From the NCBI GenBank assembly GCA_002269645.1, contig NIVC01000984.1:372001-436000 (forward strand): a DNA stretch of 64,000 bases. Reading direction: 5' to 3'. A program made the translations under genes and the position numbers. A model generated the notes under the pieces. The model was not told the DNA's origin and ran no database searches. It worked only from the letters and a program-made list of their open reading frames with translations. Numbering within the stretch: the stretch's first letter is position 1; each line of letters begins with the position of its first letter. Of the stretch, positions 12,512 to 23,638 are shown piece after piece. This DNA is from Macrostomum lignano (taxonomy: Eukaryota).

Positions 12512-13497
12512 CTGGCGACAAGTGACTCTCTCTTCTAAAGGAGTGCTACTTGTTGGCGACAAGTGTGACTCTCTCTTCTAAAGGAGTGCTACTTGTTGGC
12601 GACAAGTGTGACTCTCTCTTCTAAAGGAGTGCTACTTGTTGGCGACAAGTGTGACTCTCTCTCCTGAAGGAGTGCTACTTGTTGGCGACAAGTGTGACTC
12701 TCTCTTCTAAAGGAGTGCTACTTGTTGGCGACAAGTGTGACTCTCTCTCCTGAAGGAGTGCTACTTGTTGGCGACAAGTGTGACTCTCTCTTCTAAAGGA
12801 GTGCTACTTGTTGGCGACAAGTGTGACTCTCTCTTCTAAAAGAGTGCTACTTGTTGGCGACAAGTGTGACTCTCTCTCCTGAAGGAGTGCTACTTGTTGG
12901 CGACAAGTGTGACTCTCTCTTCTAAAGGAGTGCTACTTGTTGGCGACAAGTGTGACTCTCTCTTCTAAAGGAGTGCTACTTGTTGGCGACAAGTGTGACT
13001 CTCTCTTCTAAAGGAGTGCTACTTGTTGGCGACAAGTGTGACTCTCTCTTCTAAAGGAGTGCTACTTGTTGGCGACAAGTGTGACTCTCTCTTCTAAAGG
13101 AGTGCTACTTGTTGGCGACAAGTGTGACTCTCTCTTCTAAAGGAGTGCTACTTGTTGGCGACAAGTGTGACTCTCTCTTCTAAAGGAGTGCTACTTGTTG
13201 GCGACAAGTGTGACTCTCTCTTCTAAAGGAGTGCTACTTGTTGGCGACAAGTGTGACTCTCTCTTCTAAAGGAGTGCTACTTGTTGGCGACAAGTGTGAC
13301 TCTCTCTTCTAAAGGAGTGCTACTTGTTGGCGACAAGTGTGACTCTCTCTTCTAAAGGAGTGCTACTTGTTGGCGACAAGTGTGACTCTCTCTTCTAAAG
13401 GAGTGCTACTTGTTGGCGACAAGTGTGACTCTCTCTCCTGAAGGATTTTTACTTGTTGGTGACAGTGTATGACTCTCTGCTGAAGGAGTGTGACTTA
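12512..13497 (+). repeat. 43-bp minisatellite
   Basis: About 22 near-identical copies of gttggcgacaagtgtgactctctcttctaaaggagtgctactt, with a minor ctcctgaagg variant; no spacers. Confidence 0.97.
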
Positions 13498-15039
13498 ATG
13501 TGATATCTAGGCTATGTAGGCTTTTGATAAGCATATAGCTGCAAGACAAACGACATATTTACTCATTTATATAGCTCGTATGCTTATACTATGTTTCAGA
13601 AGAATGTGAAGATGCTTTTCAATCAACTAGTATTTTCATCCCCGATACTTGGGGCCAACTCATGCAGCTTTAAAGCTCCGATACCCTTGAAGGTCACCTA
13701 GCGAGTTCAAGAGTGTGAAGCACTTCGATTTGCGCCCAGGTCCAGGAGCCGATTCTCTACAGGAAAGCGGCGACGATCGAAAATTGCCATCCCATTTTTG
13801 CTAAGCGACGTACTTCACCGGTACTCTGGTAGAGACCTCATTGAAAATACCACGTGCCTTTCAGCTAGAGCACCAAAGCACAGACGACCCCATAAAATAC
13901 CAGAGTTCAACAGTCGGTCTCAGAAGGAAACAGCTGGGACTTACCAACGCACTCTGCAGCAGCGTTCTTGATTTGATTGAGCTTAAAACTTTCCAATCCG
14001 AAAAGCTTTCTGCAATTTAGCGGTGCCTGCTTGGAACCCACCCGGGGGATATTTGCTTATCTATATACTTTGTCTCTGTCGCTTGATTCTCTCCCCACTC
14101 CCCCTTGTGTCTATTCTATTCGCTTAGTCGCCCCGTAAATAGGGGCAGAGCGAGACTGGCTGATGGTAGGCCCGCCGTATTTTTTAATTCCGTGAGCTTA
14201 TTCATCTGCTACCCTTGGTCACCCCAGCTACAGCCTATGCCTCTGCTGCTTCCACTCGCCTCCCAATAGCGCGGAACAGTAGGGGGGATGGGGCTCCCAC
14301 GCAGCATTTGGGACGCGGCGTGTCCTGTAGGGTTGAAAACAATGACGAGAAATCCTAGCCATCCCAGTAGTCGGCCGGCTCAGCTCAGGGACTCCGCCGA
14401 TCGTCCAAACTCAAGCCGACTCTGCCCCCCTTCCCAAAACGCCAGTTCAGGCCGACTGAATTTCCTCAAAATTGTCTGTCTGTCCCCCCTCTCCCCTACA
14501 GCTACACAAAACTCTACTCAAGTCTTTCAATCAATCTGTCCATTGTGCCTTGACATCGGTCGCGGACGCGCTTACCTGTATCCCAAGGATGACTAGGCTT
14601 GGGCAACAGGCTTTCCATGCGGAACCCGTCAACAACCTTGATCAATGGATTACCCCCCCCCCAAACCCATCTCGCTAGGCGTCAAAGCTGCTGCGCTAAT
14701 GAGAATTTGTCGGGACAATGCGGCGCCATCTCAATTCAATGCCTGATCTAGCATTAACAGCTGGAGAAATGTTTTTACCAAGTTTTAGAGTTGATAGAAT
14801 AGCAAATACATTGCAGATACTCAGAACAGGCAACACGAGTGTAATGTCTGTGTATTTTGGAGTTTAACGATTGAGTTAAGGCTGATTCACCCTGCTAAGG
14901 AAGAGCCATCAACTTACACGATAGAATAAAAAAGCGAAAAGAAATTTGACGTACAAGCCCTGTTATCTCACAAAATTCGGCCTTTTTTGATTTGAACTAT
15001 TAAAGTTGTAATAACTCTAGTTTAGTAGTGCAACTGATT

Positions 15040-16520
15040 TGGCGACTAGTGACTCTGTCTGCTGGAGTGCTACTCATCTAGCGACTAGTGACTCTGTCTG
15101 CTGAAGGAGTGCTACTCATCTAGCGACTAGTGACTCTGTCTGCTGAAGGAGTGCTACTCATCTAGCGAGTAGTGACTCTGTCTGCTGAAGGAGTGCTACT
15201 CATCTAGCGACTAGTGACTCTGTCTGCTGAAGGAGTGCTACTCATCTAGCGACTAGTGACTCTGTCTGCTGAAGGAGTGCTACTCATCTAGCGACTAGTG
15301 ACTCTGTCTGCTGAAGGAGTGCTACTCATCTAGCGACTAGTGACTCTGTCTGCTGAAGGAGTGCTACTCATCTAGCGACTAGTGACTCTGTCTGCTGAAG
15401 GAGTGCTACTCATCTAGCGACTAGTGACTGTCTCTGCTGAAGGAGTGCTACTCATCTAGCGACTAGTGACTGTCTGCTGAAGGAGTGCTACTCATCTAGC
15501 GACTAGTGACTCTGTCTGCTGAAGGAGTGCTACTCATCTAGCGACTAGTGACTCTGTCTGCTGAAGGAGTGCTACTCATCTAGCGACTAGTGACTCTGTC
15601 TGCTGAAGGAGTGCTACTCATCTAGCGACTAGTGACTCTCTGCTGAAGGAGTGCTACTCATCTAGCGACTAGTGACTCTCTGCTGAAGGAGTGCTACTCA
15701 TCTAGCGACTAGTGACTCTCTGCTGAAGGAGTGCTACTCATCTAGCGACTAGTGACTCTCTGCTGAAGGAGTGCTACTCATCTAGCGACTAGTGACTCTG
15801 TCTGCTGAAGGAGTGCTACTCATCTAGCGACTAGTGACTCTCTGCTGAAGGAGTGCTACTCATCTAGCGACTAGTGACTCTGTCTGCTGAAGGAGTGCTA
15901 CTCATCTAGCGACTAGTGACTCTGTCTGCTGAAGGAGTGCTACTCATCTAGCGACTAGTGACTCTGTCTGCTGAAGGAGTGCTACTCATCTAGCGACTAG
16001 TGACTGTCTCTGCTGAAGGAGTGCTACTCATCTAGCGACTAGTGACTGTCTGCTGAAGGAGTGCTACTCATCTAGCGACTAGTGACTCTGTCTGCTGAAG
16101 GAGTGCTACTCATCTAGCGACTAGTGACTCTGTCTGCTGAAGGAGTGCTACTCATCTAGCGACTAGTGACTCTCTGCTGAAGGAGTGCTACTCATCTAGC
16201 GACTAGTGACTCTCTGCTGAAGGAGTGCTACTCATCTAGCGACTAGTGACTCTGTCTGCTGAAGGAGTGCTACTCATCTAGCGACTAGTGACTCTGTCTG
16301 CTGAAGGAGTGCTACTCATCTAGCGACTAGTGACTCTGTCTGCTGAAGGAGTGCTACTCATCTAGCGACTAGTGACTCTCTGCTGAAGGAGTGCTACTCA
16401 TCTAGCGACTAGTGACTCTCTGCTGAAGGAGTGCTACTCATCTAGCGACTAGTGACTCTCTGCTGAAGGAGTGCTACTCATCTAGCGACTAGTGACTCTC
16501 TGCTGAAGGAGTGTGACTTA
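15040..16520 (+). repeat. 42/40-bp minisatellite related to the 43-bp array
   Basis: About 35 copies of tagcgactagtgactct(gt)ctgctgaaggagtgctactcatc. Confidence 0.97.
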
Positions 16521-18055
16521 TTGGCGATAAGTTTGACTGTGTGACCCTACCTAAGAATTGTAAGTCACAAAAAAGGCTCGTTCACACCGCCATAAGAAAA
16601 TGAGACCAATGTTCACGTTATCACATGGCCTGTTGTCTTCGGTTGGTATATTAACTCTAGTCCTTTATTGCTTCGATTGATTGCGATGGAAACAATTCTT
16701 AAACTTGTGTAGCAGAATAATAAATGTACTCCTAGTGCCACCCGAGTGGACAACAAGGCTATAATTGAATCAGCCCAGCATAAAAAAGCAATATCTGATA
16801 GCTCGAACAATACAGCCCAGACGTGATCCCCCACTCTCCGTCCCTCAACGATATGATCTTTTGTCCCGAAGTTCACCCAGCTCGGTGCCAGGAGCCTCCA
16901 GTAGCAGAGGCCCGCCTCGCATTCCACATAACCTATACGGGGGAGTAGTGCGCGCTTTCTAGACACCGCTTTTGTCTGCCCCCCCCCTCCGGAAAGCCCC
17001 GGGCTCCCTTCGCGCCCAGCCTCTTAAGCCTGGCGTTGAGTGGATGGCGATGCCCGGATGCTGAGCTGGGCGGGACGCATCCGGGCGGGAAACTTTTTGT
17101 TTTAAACGAGCCGACTGAATAATTCAGGGCCGGCGGTAGGCAGCACTCCAGAGCACGCACTTCTGCCGGCTCTTCCCAAAATTCTTTTTTTCAGCTCTCA
17201 CGAGAGCGGAGGCGCTGGGGGAGGGGGGCTGCGCCGACAGCGGGGCGCCATGGGGGGCGGCTTCTCAGCATCCTCCTGAGCCATGCAGCGCTTCCATTTT
17301 TCTAGCAACGACCCAATAATTCCTCAAACTGCTGTGCCCCCCGTTGAATAAAACTGTTCTCTCTACTGCAGCTCTCACTTTTTCTTCGTAGCGAAATATT
17401 TTTTGCAACAAGCCTGGCCTCATTGACAGACGCTGTGCAGACAGACAGCCAGACAGACTAAGCGACGAAGCTTTTCTGTAGAACGAGAAACACGAGAGCC
17501 GGAATTTATTGTATTCATCGCGCCTGCTTGCGCTTCCGTCCCGTTCCGTCTCGCATTTTTTTCTATATCGCTTCTCCATCAGCATGCAGCCTCTCGCAAG
17601 CTCTCCATCAAACTGTTGCTTCTTTACAAGTATTTTTCACGCATTCCTATCCAGCTTTCTCGCCTCAGCAGCTGACTACCTGCTATCTACTTCATCAATA
17701 ACAAACGACTCAACTTGTGCCGAGTCGCTTGCGTACGCATCTGCCAGCCGCCTTCATTGACAAAGAATTAAAAATTATGAATGCAGTTTATTAGAGGCTC
17801 GGGATGCCGCCAAGCGCTTCAGTTCTGCAGTTTCCATCCAAGAAAGATGCTCAGCTTCATCTTACATTCTACGAGGTATATTCTAGTAGCGCCGTCGGAA
17901 ACATCAAAGCAAAAACTCGATCTACATCTGCTGGCAGCACCAGCAAAATGCATGAAATGGAGCCTTTTTGAGCACTTAGGCAATGCACACGTGTCGGGAT
18001 CATGCATTGCATCACATAACTCGCATGAGTCACTGTTATAAGCCACGATCTGCCA

Positions 18056-18933
18056 GATTCTGCTAGAAGGTCGGATTTTTCCCATAAGCGCTAGTGTATT
18101 CAGTACACCCCTGTGCATTGTGCATCAGTACTGCACCTCAGTGCAGCCTTGCCAAGTCTCCAAATTTCATCAGCACGTCGACCGCATGTGTCTGCATCAG
18201 CCCTGACTTCGTTGGTCACTGGCCTTCACCGAGATGGAGCTTCTAGACCTTCAACAGGTGGCCCCAGGTGACTATGAACACCCTGATACGAATTTCTCGA
18301 GTTTCGCTGATCGAACCTCGACAGTGGGCAAGCCTCAACTGCTAGGTATCCTCAGCTGGTCTCTCGAGCATTTAGTCTTTACCCGGACGCCGTCGGCACC
18401 TTCAACAGATGACACCAGGCGACTATAAACACCCTGATGCGAATTTCTCGAGTTTCGCCGATCAAGCCTTGACATTGGGCAAGCCTCAACTTCTGGACAC
18501 CCTCAGCTAGTCTCACGAGCATTTATTCATCACCCGGACGCCGTCGGGACCATCACCAGGTGGCATCAGGTGACTATGGACATTTTTTGCAACTATATCA
18601 GGTTTTTCTTATCAAGCTTCAATAATGGGCAAACCTCAACTGCTGTCCAGAAGTTGAGGCTTGCCCACTGTCGAGGCTTGATCGGCGAAACTCGAGAAAT
18701 TCGTATCAGGGTGTTCATAGTCACCTAGTGCCACCTGTTGAAGGTCTAGAAGCTCCGTCTCGGTGAAGGCCAGTGACCAAAGAAGTCAGAGCTGATGCAG
18801 ACACATGCGGTCGACGTGCTGATGAAATTTGGAGACTTGACAAGGCTGCACTGAGGCGAAGTGCTGATTGTCGCACAGGGGTGTACTGATTACACTAGCG
18901 CTTATGGGAAAAATCCGACCTTCTAGCAGAATC
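18056..18933. repeat. Large inverted duplication enclosing 151-bp tandem units
   Basis: 18056-18345 is the reverse complement of ~18650-18933 (gattctgctagaaggtcgg... / ...ccgaccttctagcagaatc). Units start at 18267, 18418 and 18569. Confidence 0.92.
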
Positions 18934-20348
18934 GCTGAATATCTCGACGGTCTGGAGGGCTGGCGACTTTATTCTTGTTCGAGAAGGTGCGCAACAATAA
19001 GTTAGCCCGTGTACTTGAATTTCGTGTGCCTGCGTTGCTCCGTTCCGGCGCAGCAAAGAAATTGTCAAGGGGGGGTTTTTCCCCTCTTGGTAGTTCGACG
19101 GGCGGAAAAGTGACTTGGTATACTGTTAATATTGGTTAAAATATTTTTAATGGTCCTGAAAACGAGGACCATTAAACGTATATTTGTCCTCGATTTGAGG
19201 ACCATTAAATATATTCTCAGAACAAACATCAGTTAGCAGGTGATTTAGCAAATGGGGGATTACAGTGAAAAGGAATAGTGCATGTAGCAGACAATCACAT
19301 AGTTCAAACAATTGAGCAGATATGCCGAGTAGTCAATACGCACACACATTTTGCGCAGTCCTATACAGTGTTACTTAAAATGATGGTCACCTTCCCACTC
19401 TCCACTTCCACACTTTTCACTCCACTTCCGTTCTGAATGATAGACTTGTATAACGCATCACCTGGCAGTCTTGCTTAAACGCCAGCAGTCTTGGCGATGG
19501 ACAGTTTTGCCTTTGCAGGACCGCAAGTCCTCCGCATCGTCTGGTTTGTGTAGCGGCCAGAGAAGCAGCCTTGGGTAGACCGTACGACGGAATCGACCGT
19601 ATATCGCCCAAGGCAGTGATTCTGGTACCACTTGCCTTTCTTAACGGCGTCCTCGTTGCGATACCAGCTGAGAAAATGGTTAGGCTTTGTGCAGGTAGCA
19701 GGATGCACGCCGACGTACCTCTTGTACCGGCAAACGGTACATTTGAAATGATCCATAGTGTGGAAGATACGTCCCTGCTTCGGTGGTCTGTGCCCCGAAG
19801 TCAGTGCTTTTAGATAATATTTTATCTACGGTTAAAACTATCACAATTTTGATTTCACTATATATCCTGTGGTTCTAGCGTCACTTCTGGATAATGTCCT
19901 TGAGTTGAGTTCTAGATAATGGCCGCCAGACTACGCTATGCTGAAATAATGGCTTCAATGTGTCTTATAGACAATGACGTTGCGTAGTAGGTAAGGGACT
20001 GAAATAATGGCCATAGACACTCGTGCGCGTACCATTGGCCGAGGCGAAGCCGACTGAAATGGGAGTTATGGTACGTATTCCTCACTTGCCTGTTAAAAGT
20101 GTCTATCGTAAAATTGCCGTTTATACGCCCAGGGCGAGCGGGAAATATATCATTTATTGCCCGGGTAAAATTAATGAAGTTCTTTAAGACATAGACTGCG
20201 TTGGCGGGCAAACGGGGAATACATAGGCTGCAAAATGCTATGTTCTTTACTAGACTCGTTTGGCTGGTTTATCTATGGTAAAACCCCATTTAGTCAGATT
20301 GCTCCGTCTTCGATATATTTAAACTCCTCCTACGCCAAGAGAACTCTT

Positions 20349-20745
20349 TTATTGGGCTAATTTAATCTTCTGGGCACGCACATAGTCCATTTTTGCACTT
20401 TTACGAAGCATGCAGCGGCTGTGACCTCCGCTGTCGCCTCCTCGGCCACTCTGCGTGTCACCAGCATTCGCCACTGGTACAGGGGAGTCCAATTCTCTCT
20501 GCATTCCAAGCTGTGTCAGAGTTCCTTTGATTGCCTCCTTCAAGGAGTGAGCCTCCTCCACGATATCAAGGAACGGGGAGTACGGTGGCAGCACCTTGAC
20601 ACTTCAGGTGGCTCTGCACGTGCTGCTGTGGCACATTTACTCCGTTGTGATAGCTGCCGCCGTCCACCACGAGGCAAAACTTTTCGAAGTCACTAAAATC
20701 AGCCAGTCCAGTCAGTTCGTATCGCTTCTTGATCGACATTTCGGT
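20349..20745 (-). pseudogene. Tc1/IS630-like DDE transposase remnant
   Basis: Minus-strand translation FCLVVDGGSYHN..., then after a 1-nt shift VLPPYSPFLDIVEEA. These match the second-D and LPPYSPxLNPIE motifs of DDE_3 transposases. The 5' part is replaced by a minisatellite; no TIRs found. Confidence 0.6.
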
Positions 20746-21348
20746 GATTCACTCTGTCACAGCTCCTGACTCACTCTGTCACAGCTCCTGACTCACTCTG
20801 TCACAGCTCCTGACTCACTCTGTCACAGCTCCTGACTCACTCTGTCACAGCTCCTGACTCACTCTGTCACAGCTCCTGACTCACTCTGTCACAGCTCCTG
20901 ACTCACTCTGTCACAGCTCCTGACTCACTCTGTCACAGCTCCTGACTCACTCTGTCACAGCTCCTGACTCACTCTGTCACAGCTCCTGACTCACTCTGTC
21001 ACAGCTCCTGACTCACTCTGTCACAGCTCCTGGCTCACTCTGTCACAGCTCCTGACTCACTCTGTCACAGCTCCTGGCTAACTCTGTCACAGCTCCTGAC
21101 TCACTCTGTCACAGCTCCTGACTCACTCTGTCACAGCTCCTGACTCACTCTGTCACAGCTCCTGACTCACTCTGTCACAGCTCCTGACTCACTCTGTCAC
21201 AGCTCCTGACTCACTCTGTCACAGCTCCTGGCTAACTCTGTCACAGCTCCTGGCTAACTCTGTCACAGCTCCTGGCTAACTCTGTCACAGCTCCTGACTC
21301 ACTCTGTCACAGCTCCTGACTCACTCTGTCACAGCTCCTGACTCACTC
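20745..21348 (+). repeat. 22-bp minisatellite (tgactcactctgtcacagctcc)
   Basis: About 27 copies with occasional ggctaac variants. Confidence 0.97.
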
Positions 21349-22235
21349 CATATGTAAGTACATATATGCTGGAACATAACTCGTATTACTTGCTTGCAAG
21401 CCTCCAGTGCTGTAGAATTTCTAAAAAGAATTGGCGAGTTTGAGAGTGCATCGACTACACTGAGCAAGAGTCCATTAACAAATCTAGTTTACTGCGACTA
21501 TAGAAAAATAAAACTGAGCAGTTTTAGTCGCTTACTCACTACTCATTTTATATAGTTGGTAGATAGTCTGCAAAATGGCGTCAGATCGCAGTCGTAGCAA
21601 CCGAGTTTCTCTCAGCGGGTCTGTCGCAAGCTAGCTTGGTTGTGTACAGAGCAGCATGTACAGACGTGCGGCTGGTTCGGGTATCCGTTGCTCAACATGC
21701 CATTCATCTGGGACAGAGTTAGCAGAGAGTGTGCTGGACGATTGCGCACAGAGAGCGTTGCATTTCGTCGTCCCACATTGAATGCTTCGCAGATAGCGTT
21801 ACAAACAACAAACAGTACGTCAACACCATTCGGACTTCTGCAAATGATGCATTTTAGAATTGTGTCACATAACACACCCCTAAGCTCAAGTAGCTCAAGT
21901 ATTGCAGTTATGGAGTATGGAAAATGACGGAATAGAAACAAGTAAGGGTGGCTGACTCAACTGGAGTGACATGGACATGGATTGGAGACTCTCATATAAC
22001 TTTTACTCTCTTCTAGCCATTTCGTCTATGGCAAAGGCTCCGGATATACATAGGCCCTATCCGGATGATGTACGGATAATCCGTACACCAAGAAAAATTC
22101 CGTCAAGATTTGGCTCGCGCATGGATTAAATCGGATTTTACCAAAATTGAAGTTGACTTCTGTTTCGTCGTGCCATGCGGCTGCCATTGAATGTGGAAAT
22201 TTAAGCGGAGTCTGTCATTATAGAATGGTGTACTC

Positions 22236-22269
<34 letters not shown>

Positions 22270-23638
22270 CCGTTGATTTCTCACGTTTTCATCATTTACA
22301 CGCAGAGAGCCAGTCTATTACACTTGATGCAGTGATGTCTGCATACAGTGTATTTGAGAAGCGTGCATCTTTAACTGCTGCCGCCTCATTAATGAATTGG
22401 TAGGGTAACACATGGCAGCTTTGGTCGGAACAGGGACTAAGGACAGCGCTAGTTTATAACTAGCCTCCACTATAGTCCATTGCAAGGCCAGTAGTGCACA
22501 GTCCCAGAACAGAATTATTATCCCACAGAACATTGCTTGGAATTGCTCAAGTACTGCACTGCATTGGCGATGTAGAAATTGTCGGCCACCCCGAACTGAA
22601 ACGGTGGGTGTGTAATGAAGTGTAAGCTTAAATTAATATAGCATTTTCCAAGACAGTTAAGTCAAGGAGTGGGAGAATAAAGCTAATTCAATCCTTTGGT
22701 GCAGAATGCTCAATGACTGTTCAAACCATTGCCTACCAGACCTTCGGCCCTCGTGATTTATAAAAATAGCTCCATCAAAAGGCATGTTTAATCTTCTAAG
22801 AGTGCATAAAAAGCTTGTCAAGCAAGTTTTTTAGAGATACTATCGAAGACACCGGCACGCCATGGCAAAGTTCTGAGAGATATTTCAGTGGTTCCTGTCG
22901 TTTTTGTGCACTTTTAGACACGGATTTTTTCTATGGAAAAACCCATTCAAAGGTTATAAAAAAGCGAATATTTATGAATGAATTTCTAGAACACAGTTGT
23001 ATTTTAAATGTTGGCGGTTCTGGCGCTCATTTTGATCCAGATCTCCCAATAGCGGAATGAAATACGGTATTCCAACAATTATTCGAAACCCTATGAAGCT
23101 ACGCTACCTGTTTATCGCCAGTGGGCACGGCAGGAAAGCGCAGACCACCAACAATGAGAGCAAAATTATAGGCTCAAGTGGTGCACGTTCACAAACTGCA
23201 AATTTTCATATTTTTTTTCGCCCAGAGCGAGCTTTGGAGGTAATGAAAATGCAACAATGGTTAGGTTGAAAAAAGAATGGGTAAGAAAAATATAATAGGT
23301 TATAAAAAGAATGGAGGCTTTGCCAGAAGAATCACCATAAGCAATGCACTGCGCGCCCCGAAAAAAAACTAGAAAATAAGAAACAACCACACTATGCTAA
23401 ATTTGCAGTTTGTAAAGGTACGGCGCTTCTACAATCTTAACAGCTGCTGCACAAATTCAATATAAAGCGGAGGGGCTGAGCATTTTTATATGAAGTAAAC
23501 TTCGCTGCGACGCCATCAGTGGGACACTGGCTCTCAAGAGGGTTTACCACCCCCAAGCCAGCTGGCCCACAAGCCTTGAGGCGCGTTTTAGTCCAGACGC
23601 TGCACTATAACCAGAAGAACTGTCGTCCAAATTCAGAA

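Noticed and set aside
12512-16520. CRISPR-like appearance of the 43-bp and 42-bp arrays
   Set aside because: Units are contiguous with no unique spacers, no cas genes are present, and the context is eukaryotic.
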